64,000 nt of DNA from Bacteroidaceae bacterium (GTDB lineage Bacteria > Bacteroidota > Bacteroidia > Bacteroidales > Bacteroidaceae), in NCBI GenBank assembly GCA_017617335.1, contig JAFZWK010000034.1:6774-70773 (forward strand), read 5' to 3'. Position 1 is the first letter of the stretch. Each line of letters starts with the position of its first letter. Positions 47,439-56,382 of this stretch are shown piece by piece. The notes under the pieces are model-generated. The model had not been told where the DNA came from. It made no database searches and was given only the letters and a program-made list of their open reading frames with translations. Position numbers and translations under genes: made by a program.

Positions 47439-48257
47439 ATGAGGTACAAAATTATCGCGATAGACCTAGATGGCACTTTGACAGATACAAATAAGGAGAT
47501 TCCGCAAAGAAATATTGAAGCCTTACTGGAAGCACAAAAACGTGGCATAAAGATTATTGTGGCCAGTGGACGTCCCATCCCAGGTATAGTCTCTATTGCA
47601 GACAAAATATCGTTGGAAGAGTATGGAGGATATGTGATGGCATTCAATGGCGGACTCATTATGAATTATCAATCAAAAGAAATCCTCTACCAAAACTATC
47701 TGCAACCAGAACATCTTCCTTTCCTTTACGAATGTAGCAAGAGTGGAGACTTTGTGATTCTCAGTTACAAAGATGGAGCAATTGCTTCCGAAGATATTGA
47801 AAACAAATACGTGGCCTATGCTGCATGCCTCAATCACATGCCCCTACTCCATTTAGAAAACTTTTTAGAAACATTCAACTTTCCCATACCGAAATGTCTC
47901 ATTGTGGGAGATCCTGAGCCTTTGCATCAATTGGAACTAAAGATGAAACACGAGATTGAGGGGAAACTGAGTATCTATCGAAGTGAGCCTTTCTTTCTGG
48001 AAGTTCTTCCTTACGGGATTGACAAAGCCCAATGCCTATCTCATCTACTTAACATTATAGGGATTAAGAAGGAAGAAATGATTGCTATCGGGGATGGATA
48101 CAATGATTTAAGCATGATACGTTTTGCAGGTTTGGGAGTAGCCATGAATAATGCAGTCCTTGAAGTTCGTCAAGCGGCAGACTTTATCACGCAAAACAAC
48201 AATGATAATGGCGGAGTGGCAGAAGCAATAGATAGATTCGTACTAAAAGGGGGATAA
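47439..48257 (+). CDS. Cof-type HAD-IIB family hydrolase (sugar/phospho-metabolite phosphatase)
   Basis: IAIDLDGTL (motif I), ASGRP (motif II), GDGYNDLSM (motif IV), NNDNGGVAEAI tail. Confidence 0.85.
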   Translation: MRYKIIAIDLDGTLTDTNKEIPQRNIEALLEAQKRGIKIIVASGRPIPGIVSIADKISLEEYGGYVMAFNGGLIMNYQSKEILYQNYLQPEHLPFLYECSKSGDFVILSYKDGAIASEDIENKYVAYAACLNHMPLLHLENFLETFNFPIPKCLIVGDPEPLHQLELKMKHEIEGKLSIYRSEPFFLEVLPYGIDKAQCLSHLLNIIGIKKEEMIAIGDGYNDLSMIRFAGLGVAMNNAVLEVRQAADFITQNNNDNGGVAEAIDRFVLKGG

Positions 48258-48830
48258 AGCCTTTGCAATTTTTTCCTTGAGTTCATCTATTTTGCTCCGT
48301 CGAATAGAGAGGGTCATCTTACAATCCATATCATAAGATTGACTCACGATACGAGCATCTAAATCACGAACGACCTTCATCACAGCATTCATCAATGGAT
48401 ACTCAAAATCAAAAGTATATTCCTCGTCTACAGTTCGCGTTACAATCTCGGCATTCTGAATAGCTTCTGCCGCAGCTGTTTTATAGGCACCTATCAAGCC
48501 ACTTGTTCCCAGTTTAACGCCACCGAAATAACGTACGACTAAAATCATGATATCAGTCAATTGATTGCTGTTTATCTGCCCCAAGATAGGTTTACCAGCT
48601 GTTCCACTGGGCTCCCCATTATCATTTGAACGAAAAGTCTCCCTCTCCGATCCAAGCATATAAGCCCAACAGCAATGACGGGCATCGTAATATTTCCGTT
48701 GATATTGTTCAACTAAAGACATTGCCTCATCCACAGAACGAACGGGATGAGCAAAAGCAAGGAACTTACTCCTTAATTCCGAGTAAGTTCCCTTACTTTC
48801 TGCTTTTATTGTTTTGTACTCGTCGAGCAT
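48243..48830 (-). CDS. yigZ: YigZ (IMPACT/UPF0029) family protein
   Basis: DNGEPSGTAGKPIL and VVRYFGG.KLG motifs. The track start is TTG; the ATG at 48830 overlaps the DUF1015 stop by 1 nt. Confidence 0.85.
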   Translation of the reverse strand: MLDEYKTIKAESKGTYSELRSKFLAFAHPVRSVDEAMSLVEQYQRKYYDARHCCWAYMLGSERETFRSNDNGEPSGTAGKPILGQINSNQLTDIMILVVRYFGGVKLGTSGLIGAYKTAAAEAIQNAEIVTRTVDEEYTFDFEYPLMNAVMKVVRDLDARIVSQSYDMDCKMTLSIRRSKIDELKEKIAKALSPF

Positions 48831-50077
48831 CAACTGAGTTTGTGAATCACAAGGCCACTACGCAGTTTCGGCTCAAACCAAGTAGCTTTTGGCGGCATGA
48901 TGTTCCCCGTATCGGCAATCTTTATGATCTGCTCCATACTGACTGGATAAAGGGCAAGAGCCATCTTCATCTCTCCACTGTCAACACGACGTTTCAGCTC
49001 ACCTAAGCCACGTAAACCTCCCACGAAATCGATGCGGTTGTCCTTACGAAGATCCTTTATGCCAAGCAGTTCATCCAAAATCAATCGACTACTGATACTG
49101 ACATCAAGACTCCCAATAGGATCTGACTCGTCGCAAAGGCCTGGTTTTAAGCTCAAACTGTACCAGATGCCGTCTAAATAAAGACTAAACTCATGACGAT
49201 GCTGAGGACGATATTCATTTGTACCTTTCTCGACGACAAGAAAGTTCTTGGATAGAGCCTCGAGAAACTCAGCGGGAGTTCTTCCATTCAAGTCTTGAAC
49301 TACACGATTGTAGTCAAGAATCGTCAGCTGGCTGGTGGGGAAACAAACTGCCATGAAATAATTGTATTCTTCATCGCCACGATGATTGGGATTCAGACGG
49401 GCTTTCTCTGCACCCACCAAAGCCGCAGCTGCACTACGATGATGTCCGTCAGCAATATAGAGCGATGGAATCTGGGCAAATGTTTCGACGATGGTCTGAA
49501 TGTCTTCAGTATCATCTACCAACCATAACTGATGCCGGAATCCATCAATGGGAGCTATGAAATCATACTCAGGCTTTTCCTTCGTGATACGAGTTACCAA
49601 GTCATCTATTACCTGATTGTCAGGATAAGCGAAGAAGACGGGCTCCATATTGGCATCATTCACACGAACGTGTTTCATGCGGTCTTCTTCCTTGTCGCGA
49701 CGTGTCAACTCATGCTTCTTAATCACTCCATTCATGTAATCCTCCACCCAAGCAGTCACGACCAAACCATACTGGGTCTTATTGTTCATGGTTTGAGCGT
49801 AGATATAGAACATTTCCTTCTCATCCTGCTTAAGCCATCCGTTGCGTTGGAACTTAGCAAAATTCTCGGCAGCCCGCTCATACACACGAGGATCGTATTC
49901 GCTGGTTCCTACAGGAAAATCTATTTCAGGCTTGATGATATGATACAATGACTTCTCATTGTTACCAGCTTCAGCTCGAGCCTCCTCGCTGTTCAGCACA
50001 TCATAGGGACGGGATTCCACCTGTTCAACCAAGTCTCTGGGTGGCCGAAGGCCCTTAAAGGGTTTTATCCTTGCCAT
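48830..50077 (-). CDS. DUF1015 domain-containing protein
   Basis: 415 aa starting MARIKPFKGLRP, with the internal YIADGHHRSAAA motif characteristic of DUF1015. Confidence 0.85.
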   Translation of the reverse strand: MARIKPFKGLRPPRDLVEQVESRPYDVLNSEEARAEAGNNEKSLYHIIKPEIDFPVGTSEYDPRVYERAAENFAKFQRNGWLKQDEKEMFYIYAQTMNNKTQYGLVVTAWVEDYMNGVIKKHELTRRDKEEDRMKHVRVNDANMEPVFFAYPDNQVIDDLVTRITKEKPEYDFIAPIDGFRHQLWLVDDTEDIQTIVETFAQIPSLYIADGHHRSAAAALVGAEKARLNPNHRGDEEYNYFMAVCFPTSQLTILDYNRVVQDLNGRTPAEFLEALSKNFLVVEKGTNEYRPQHRHEFSLYLDGIWYSLSLKPGLCDESDPIGSLDVSISSRLILDELLGIKDLRKDNRIDFVGGLRGLGELKRRVDSGEMKMALALYPVSMEQIIKIADTGNIMPPKATWFEPKLRSGLVIHKLS

Positions 50078-50090
50078 AAACAGGAATCTA

Positions 50091-51011
50091 TTACTTATTG
50101 ACCTGGAACTTGGTGATTCCTTGTTCCAGATACCCTACAATCTGATTGGCTGCAGCAATACCAGCATTCACATTAGCCTCGGCGGTCTGAGCACCCATCT
50201 TCTTGGGAGTCGCGAAATAGCGCCCAGCAAGCTTTTCGGCAAACTCAGCATCCATATCTGGCTTAATGTCTGTCACGTACTTCAAATCAGTTCGTTCTGC
50301 GAGCAATGCCAGCAATTCAGGTTCATTGATGACTTCCTTGCGGGCGGTATTCACCAGAATACCTCCCTTCTTCAGCTTGTTGACCAATTCAGCATTGATA
50401 CTCTGCTTGGTCTCTGGAGTTGCTGGGATGTGAAGGGAGACGATATCACACGTCTCGAAGAGAGCCTCCTGATTATCTACAGCCATCACTCCTGCGGCTT
50501 CAATGGCTTCCTTTGGGCAATAGGCATCATAGGCAGCGATTTCCATGCCGAATCCTTTCGCTATGCGAGCCACATTGCGACCTACATTTCCGAAAGCAAG
50601 AATACCCAGCTTCTTGCCCTTCAACTCAGTTCCACTCGTACCATTAAAGAAATTACGCACAGCATAGACGAGAAGTCCGAATACCAGTTCTGCCACGCTG
50701 TTGGCATTCTGACCAGGAGTATTCATGGCAACCACCTTGTGGGCGGTAGCTGCATCAAGGTCGATATTGTCGTATCCAGCACCTGCACGAACCACAATCT
50801 TCAGATTCTTGGCAGCATCCAACACTTCAGCATCCACCTTATCAGAGCGAATGATCAGAGCATCGGCATCAGCCACCGCACTCAGCAACTGGTTTTTCTC
50901 AGTATATTTCTCCAAAAGGACAAGTTCATATCCAGCAGCATCTGTAACTGCCTTAATGCCATCTACAGCAACCTTGCTGAATGGCTTCTCTGTTGCAACT
51001 AAAACTTTCAT
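50091..51011 (-). CDS. serA: D-3-phosphoglycerate dehydrogenase (D-2-hydroxyacid dehydrogenase family)
   Basis: NAD-binding GILAFGNVGRNVA, catalytic-region RAGAGYDNID, and the serC-serA context. The track start at 51020 is TTG inside repeat array E; the ATG at 51011 gives 306 aa (MKVLVATEKPF). Confidence 0.85.
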   Translation of the reverse strand: MKVLVATEKPFSKVAVDGIKAVTDAAGYELVLLEKYTEKNQLLSAVADADALIIRSDKVDAEVLDAAKNLKIVVRAGAGYDNIDLDAATAHKVVAMNTPGQNANSVAELVFGLLVYAVRNFFNGTSGTELKGKKLGILAFGNVGRNVARIAKGFGMEIAAYDAYCPKEAIEAAGVMAVDNQEALFETCDIVSLHIPATPETKQSINAELVNKLKKGGILVNTARKEVINEPELLALLAERTDLKYVTDIKPDMDAEFAEKLAGRYFATPKKMGAQTAEANVNAGIAAANQIVGYLEQGITKFQVNK

Positions 51012-51091
51012 CTGTTTCAACGTGTTGAATCTTTCAAGTTAACGTGTTGAGTCTCCAAAGTTAACGTGTTGAGTTCTCAAAGTTAACGTGT
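51004..51091 (-). repeat. 22-bp-period tandem array E (4 units, inverted orientation)
   Basis: Plus-strand CAACGTGT/TAACGTGT at 51018, 51040, 51062 and 51084 (reverse complement ACACGTTG/ACACGTTA). The minus-strand unit is CTCAACACGTTAACTTTGAGAA. The cores span most of the 93-nt serC-serA spacer. Confidence 0.9.
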
Positions 51092-51104
51092 TGAGTTTTC
51101 TTCT

Positions 51105-52172
51105 TTAATGCTTTGCCTCGAATTCCTTCATGCATGCTGCCAAAGCTTGGCAACCTTCGATGCTCATAGCGTTGTAGCAGCTGGCACGGAAGCCACCTAC
51201 ATCGCGATGCCCCTTCACGCCTACCATTCCCTTCTCTGAAGCGAATGCCAGGAACTCGTCCTGCAATTCCTGATACTCAGGAACCATTACGAAAGTGAGG
51301 TTCATGCGTGAACGGCTATCAACCTCAGCTGTGCCCATGAACAACTTGTTGCGATCAATCTCGTCGTAGATAATCTTAGCACGTTCGATGGCCAATTTCT
51401 CCATAGCCTTCACACCACCCTGACGCTTAATCCACTTCAAGTTCTCGAGGGCGCAGTAAATGGGAACTACAGGAGGCGTATTGAACATACTTCCCTTCTT
51501 GACGTGGGTGCGGTAATCGAGCATAGTAGGTATCTGACGGCTCACCTTGCCCAGCAAATCCTCCTTGATGATTACGAAGGTCACACCAGCCATACTCAGG
51601 TTCTTCTGAGCACCACCATAAATGATTCCATACTTGCTTACATCCAGAGGACGAGAAAAGATGTCGCTGGACATATCAGCAACTACAGGGATGGGTGAAT
51701 CCACATCATGAAGCAACTCTGTACCATATATAGTATTATTGGTAGTGACATGCAGGTAATCGGCATCCGTGGGAATCTCGAAATCGCGAGGAATGTAGGT
51801 GAAGTTCTTGTCCTTGCTGGAAGCTACCTCCACAACTTCGCCAAACAACTTGGCTTCCTTTTCTGCCTTGGTTGCCCAAACGCCAGTATTCAGGTAAGCA
51901 GCTTTCTTCTCCAACAAATTGAAAGGAACCATACAGAACTGCAAGCTTGCACCTCCGCCCAGGAAAATAACGCTGTAGCCCTCAGGAATATCAAGCAACT
52001 CCTTGAACAAAGCGACGGCCTCGTCCACAACAGGTTGGAAGTTCTTTGCACGATGACTGGTTTCCATCAACGACAACCCGCTACCCTGGAAATCCAAACA
52101 TGCAGCGGCTGTTGCCTCAATTACTTCCTTGGGGAGAATTGAAGGACCCGGATTGAAATTGTACTTTTTCAT
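51105..52172 (-). CDS. serC: 3-phosphoserine/phosphohydroxythreonine aminotransferase
   Basis: [17 protein letters not shown]...F, GGAQKN (PLP Lys), GHR..GG.RAS.YNA. The ATG at 52172 gives 355 aa. Confidence 0.95.
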   Translation of the reverse strand: MKKYNFNPGPSILPKEVIEATAAACLDFQGSGLSLMETSHRAKNFQPVVDEAVALFKELLDIPEGYSVIFLGGGASLQFCMVPFNLLEKKAAYLNTGVWATKAEKEAKLFGEVVEVASSKDKNFTYIPRDFEIPTDADYLHVTTNNTIYGTELLHDVDSPIPVVADMSSDIFSRPLDVSKYGIIYGGAQKNLSMAGVTFVIIKEDLLGKVSRQIPTMLDYRTHVKKGSMFNTPPVVPIYCALENLKWIKRQGGVKAMEKLAIERAKIIYDEIDRNKLFMGTAEVDSRSRMNLTFVMVPEYQELQDEFLAFASEKGMVGVKGHRDVGGFRASCYNAMSIEGCQALAACMKEFEAKH

Positions 52173-52219
52173 TTTGATGTAGTTATAAATGTATTTGATC
52201 AAAAAATCTTTTTATCGTG

Positions 52220-52227
52220 CAAAATTA
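52220..52227 (-). promoter_or_regulatory. -7 promoter box for serC
   Basis: Minus-strand TAATTTTG, 48 nt upstream of the ATG at 52172. Confidence 0.45.
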
Positions 52228-52391
52228 CACATTTTATATAATAATGCCTAATGATTTTGAAGAAAAACAATATTTCTATGCGTAAGGTCGCTATCATGAA
52301 TAATGATAGATGCTGAAAATGAAGTATGGGATGACTCAACTGGAAACAAAAAAGAACCCACACTTTAAGAAAGCATGGATCCCTTTTTGTG

Positions 52392-52463
52392 AGGTGCGTG
52401 GCGGATTCGAACCGCCGTAGACGGTTTTGCAGACCGTTGACTAAGCCACTCATCCAACGCACC
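52392..52463 (-). tRNA. tRNA-Cys (GCA)
   Basis: Cloverleaf folded by hand on the minus strand: acceptor GGTGCGT/ACGCACC, anticodon arm ACGGT-CTGCAAA-ACCGT (anticodon GCA), T arm GGCGG-TTCGAAT-CCGCC, discriminator U. Confidence 0.9.
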
Positions 52464-52482
52464 AGTTCGTCAGAAAGTTTTG

Positions 52483-52490
52483 CAAAAGTA
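52483..52490 (-). promoter_or_regulatory. -7 promoter box for tRNA-Cys
   Basis: Minus-strand TACTTTTG, 20 nt upstream of the mature 5' end at 52463. Confidence 0.45.
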
Positions 52491-52566
52491 CAATGATTTT
52501 TTCAAATCTCCAAACATTTTGCTCAATAAATTCTCATACTGCTCGAGAACACCTTCTCAATAAGGG

Positions 52567-52639
52567 TCGGGGTGACCCGACTCGAACGGGCGACCACCTG
52601 GTCCCAAACCAGGTGCGCTACCAACTGCGCTACACCCCG
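52567..52639 (-). tRNA. tRNA-Pro (TGG)
   Basis: Cloverleaf folded by hand on the minus strand: acceptor CGGGGTG/CACCCCG, D arm GCGC-AGTTGGTA-GCGC, anticodon arm CCTGG-TTTGGGA-CCAGG (anticodon TGG), T arm GCCCG-TTCGAGT-CGGGT, discriminator A. Confidence 0.9.
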
Positions 52640-52670
52640 ATGCTTGACAGATTCCTCTGAAAAGCGGGTG

Positions 52671-52678
52671 CAAAGATA
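52671..52678 (-). promoter_or_regulatory. -7 promoter box for tRNA-Pro
   Basis: Minus-strand TATCTTTG, 32 nt upstream of the mature 5' end at 52639. Confidence 0.45.
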
Positions 52679-52720
52679 TACCTTTTCCGCGAAGTATCCA
52701 AATTCTTCCTCGTTTTTTTT

Positions 52721-54277
52721 CTAAAGTTCTCCTCTCTGGTTAGCATTCTGTCTGTCATAATTGCCATTACGATGTCCAAAACGACGAATCAGGCCATGAA
52801 CGATTTGAGAACGACGGTCAAGTAATTTCCAACTGCGCCAAGCAGAAACAAGCATTACGATACTTCCCACAATGTACTTCACATAGAGATTACTTTGCAG
52901 ACATACCACGACGGCTACCACAAGGCAAACAAACTGGAAACTGATCAATCGCATAGTGTGGCCATTGATGCGGCATCCATATCTCCAACCATAGACAAAA
53001 ACGATGCTGAGCATATCATAAAGGGCGGCTACAGATAACGCAATACCTGCTCCAACCAAACCAAAATTGGAATAAAGCCACCACATAAGTGCGCCAAAGA
53101 CAATATCATAGAGAACTTCCATGATGAGGAACATTACGCTGTCTCCCTTTGCTAACGAAGTATATGAAACAGGCAACATGATGGCGCGGAAAAACATATA
53201 GAACGCAGAGCAAACCGTCATATCCAGAATGACCAGGAAGTCTGGTTTGAATAGCAGACGCACAACATAAGGCATTGCCAGAAGGAAAAGAATCAGGAAA
53301 GGTGTAATCAGCAGTACACAAACGTCAATCTGCTGATTGATGGTCTGATTAAGACGTGTCGTGTCTTGATTCACGGAAGAAAGTCGAGGATAATAATCTG
53401 CTTCGAGAGCCATAAACGCAACGCCAGCATAGGCGGCCATCAAGGTATATCCTGCGCGATAGTACCCTACATCAGAATAGGTTCCACTCATCAAGATCAA
53501 AGCAGGAATTGCCATCACGATACCTGAATTAGCAATACCTGCCAACACATAAGGAATCCCTCTTCGAATCATTGGCAAACCTTCATGGAATATTTCCTTG
53601 CTGAAAAAACTAACGCGATAACGAACCAATTGGACACTATAATATAGATGGATGAAAGCCGTCATTGCAGTACTGCTGATCAAAGCGATCACGATGCCGT
53701 GCATCTTCCAAAAATAATAAAAAGGTATTGTCAACACAAGCGTCGCTATAGCAGCAAATGTTTCCACGATAGCCACTCGCTTCAGTTGTCTCAACCCCTT
53801 CAGTATCGAACATTCACCTTCTGCCACCAAGAATGAAATAAAGATCGGACAAAGCGCAATGACTTCCCAATAATGATTCCATTCGTGCTTGAAGAAGAAA
53901 TAACTCAATACAGGCGATACAAGAATCGTTAGAATGGTAGCAAAAAAAGCAGCCCAAATCACCCAAGTACGGATAACTTTCACTTTATGTTGGATACTCT
54001 CATCTGTACCTTCCTCGAAGAGTTCACTCACCTCACGAGTGGCATTCAAGGGAATTCCGAAATTGCTGCAACTGACGATAAACTCAGAAATGGACTGATA
54101 TACAGAAATAAGGCCGTAACCTACCGAACCCAACAAGAGAGTCGTCAGTTTGGTACGGATGATAGCAACCAACATCTTCAATCCCTGCACGCCACCAAAC
54201 ACGCCAGTGTATTTCAACACATGATCGTAGCTTGTGTCTTCTGTTTCTATGTTATGCAGGTTGTTCAGCTCTTCCAT
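52721..54277 (-). CDS. oligosaccharide flippase (Wzx-like, MOP superfamily polysaccharide biosynthesis protein)
   Basis: About 12-14 TM segments, N-terminus HVLKYTGVFGGVQGLKMLVAIIRTKL typical of Wzx-type flippases. The ATG at 54277 sits 21 nt downstream of an exact -7 box. The longer track ORF would run through that promoter. Confidence 0.75.
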   Translation of the reverse strand: MEELNNLHNIETEDTSYDHVLKYTGVFGGVQGLKMLVAIIRTKLTTLLLGSVGYGLISVYQSISEFIVSCSNFGIPLNATREVSELFEEGTDESIQHKVKVIRTWVIWAAFFATILTILVSPVLSYFFFKHEWNHYWEVIALCPIFISFLVAEGECSILKGLRQLKRVAIVETFAAIATLVLTIPFYYFWKMHGIVIALISSTAMTAFIHLYYSVQLVRYRVSFFSKEIFHEGLPMIRRGIPYVLAGIANSGIVMAIPALILMSGTYSDVGYYRAGYTLMAAYAGVAFMALEADYYPRLSSVNQDTTRLNQTINQQIDVCVLLITPFLILFLLAMPYVVRLLFKPDFLVILDMTVCSAFYMFFRAIMLPVSYTSLAKGDSVMFLIMEVLYDIVFGALMWWLYSNFGLVGAGIALSVAALYDMLSIVFVYGWRYGCRINGHTMRLISFQFVCLVVAVVVCLQSNLYVKYIVGSIVMLVSAWRSWKLLDRRSQIVHGLIRRFGHRNGNYDRQNANQRGEL

Positions 54278-54297
54278 CACTTTCCTTTTTGGGCACG

Positions 54298-54305
54298 CAA
54301 AGGTA
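54298..54305 (-). promoter_or_regulatory. -7 promoter box for the flippase gene
   Basis: Minus-strand TACCTTTG, 21 nt upstream of the ATG at 54277. Confidence 0.45.
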
Positions 54306-54347
54306 CAACTTTTATTCAAAATATTTGCTGAATTGACAAAAAAAACG

Positions 54348-54355
54348 TACTTTTG
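54348..54355 (+). promoter_or_regulatory. -7 promoter box for the glycosyltransferase operon
   Basis: TACTTTTG, 61 nt upstream of the ATG at 54416. Confidence 0.4.
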
Positions 54356-54415
54356 TGGATTAAAGCGTGGATTATCTAAAAATACCTCTGCAGCCAACAG
54401 ATAGCGGCAAAAGTG

Positions 54416-55510
54416 ATGAAAGTCCTTCTGATAGGTGAATATAGTAATGTACATTGGACGCTTGCCGAAGGGTTACGTGCTCTTGGGCATCAAGTGACCG
54501 TTGTATCTGATGGTGATCTCTGGAAGGATTATCCTCGAGACATCAATTTGCAACGCAAATCACTTGGTCGATGGGACACATCTCAATATCTTCTTCGCAT
54601 AGAGGGGATTCTTCCTCGGCTCAAAGGATACGATGTGGTGCAGCTGATCAATCCAATCTTCTTTGACCTGAAGGCTGAACGAATGTGGAGGTACTACAGC
54701 ATATTGCGCCGCAACAATCGCCGTGTTTTCTTGGGCGCATTTGGAATGGACCATTATTGGGTTAAGGCAGGATTGGATTGCAAGACCTTTCGCTACAGCG
54801 ATTTCAACATGGGAAAAGAGCAGCGCCATTCAGCAGAGATTGACTTCATGGTAAAGGATTGGATATCAGGTCCCAAGAAGGAGATCAACGCTTTCATTGC
54901 GCATGACTGCAACGGCATCATTTCAGGGCTTTATGAATATCACATGAGCTACTTGCCTGAATATGCCAACAAACTCCAGTATATCCCCTTCCCCATCCAA
55001 ATTCCTGACATCACACCAAGCCCAGACATTCCCTCTCCCATCCGTTTCTTCATCGGCATCCAGAAGACGAGAAACGAATACAAGGGAACAGATATCATGC
55101 TTAGCGCCCTCGAGAAATTGAAGCAGGATTACCCTGAAAAGGTCGTAATTAAGCGAGCTGAGAATATTCCTTTCGAACTTTATGAGACGATGCTCGACCA
55201 AAGTGACGTTCTCCTGGATCAGCTATACAGTTACACGCCTGCCATGAATGGGCTCCTGGCTATGTCAAGAGGTCTTGTGCTGGTGGGAGGCGGAGAACCA
55301 GAACATTACAAGCTCTTGGGAGAATCTGAACTTCGACCTATCATCAATGTACAGCCTTCCTTTGAGGATGTATACTGCAAGCTGTTGGCCCTTATACTCA
55401 ATCCTGAACGCATTCCTCAATTGAAACGTGATTCCATCGAGTACATCAGACGACATCACGAATATAAAAAGGTAGCCCAACAATACGTCGACTTCTGGAG
55501 CAAACCATGA
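54416..55510 (+). CDS. glycosyltransferase (GT-B fold, GT4-like)
   Basis: N-terminal MKVLLIGEYSNVHWTLAEGLRALGHQVTVVS and a C-terminal half ending in an E-x7-E-like region. The track start at 54413 is GTG; the ATG is at 54416. Confidence 0.65.
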   Translation: MKVLLIGEYSNVHWTLAEGLRALGHQVTVVSDGDLWKDYPRDINLQRKSLGRWDTSQYLLRIEGILPRLKGYDVVQLINPIFFDLKAERMWRYYSILRRNNRRVFLGAFGMDHYWVKAGLDCKTFRYSDFNMGKEQRHSAEIDFMVKDWISGPKKEINAFIAHDCNGIISGLYEYHMSYLPEYANKLQYIPFPIQIPDITPSPDIPSPIRFFIGIQKTRNEYKGTDIMLSALEKLKQDYPEKVVIKRAENIPFELYETMLDQSDVLLDQLYSYTPAMNGLLAMSRGLVLVGGGEPEHYKLLGESELRPIINVQPSFEDVYCKLLALILNPERIPQLKRDSIEYIRRHHEYKKVAQQYVDFWSKP

Positions 55511-56382
55511 GAATCAGTATCATCATTCCAGTTTACAATGTGGCACAACATTTGCCAAAGTGTCTTGAATCCATCCTGAATCAAGGTTTGGAGGATTATG
55601 AAGTGATACTGATCAATGATGCAAGTCACGACAATAGCCTGGCAATCTGTAAAGAATGGTGTCATGAGAATTCGAATTTCAGACTGATAAATCATGACAA
55701 AAACATGGGATTGAGTGCTGCGAGGAATACAGGAATCAAGGAAGCAAATGGCGAACTCATTACCTTTGTGGATTCCGATGATTATCTGAAGCAGGGTACC
55801 CTTTCAGCCTGTTTGGAACAAATGGAGGATGCTGATGTACTGGAGTATCCCATCATGGTAGACCACTTGTCATCCAAGGAATATCCTTTCTATCCTCTCG
55901 AAGGAACCTATGACTTCCAGACATGGATGAAACACGATGGATTCACGCATTGCTATGCATGCAACAAAGTGTTTCGACGTTCACTATGGGGCGAGACAAA
56001 GTTTCCCATAGGACGATATTACGAGGACATCTTCACTATTCCATACGTGCTCCAGCGGGCCACCAAGATACGAGGTGCCAAATGCGGAATGTACTATTAT
56101 TGCAAACGTGATGGGAGTATAAGCAATACGCCTAAAACCAACGCATTGTATGATTACGTTGAAGCTTTGGTTCAACTACAATCCTTGCCTGAAAATCAGC
56201 AGAACTATGCCCTGTATCTACGTTCGCTCAATGCGCAACTGTCCTATCATCAGCATGGAGGCAACGAATGTCTCGTTCCTCATCGACCTCTTCCTTTGCA
56301 TTTCATTCTCTCTACGGATCTCACCCTTCGACAACGCTTGAAGGCTCTTTGGTTTCGTCTCACCTATCGTCCTCATTCATGA
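55507..56382 (+). CDS. glycosyltransferase family 2
   Basis: ISIIIPVYNV...LESILNQ....EVILINDAS.D.S...C and FVDSDDY (DxD) motifs. ATGA overlap with the upstream gene. Confidence 0.85.
   Translation: MRISIIIPVYNVAQHLPKCLESILNQGLEDYEVILINDASHDNSLAICKEWCHENSNFRLINHDKNMGLSAARNTGIKEANGELITFVDSDDYLKQGTLSACLEQMEDADVLEYPIMVDHLSSKEYPFYPLEGTYDFQTWMKHDGFTHCYACNKVFRRSLWGETKFPIGRYYEDIFTIPYVLQRATKIRGAKCGMYYYCKRDGSISNTPKTNALYDYVEALVQLQSLPENQQNYALYLRSLNAQLSYHQHGGNECLVPHRPLPLHFILSTDLTLRQRLKALWFRLTYRPHS

Noticed and set aside
50121-51002. 293-aa plus-strand ORF opposite serA
   Set aside because: It is an antisense shadow. serA on the minus strand has a clear Rossmann motif and pathway context.
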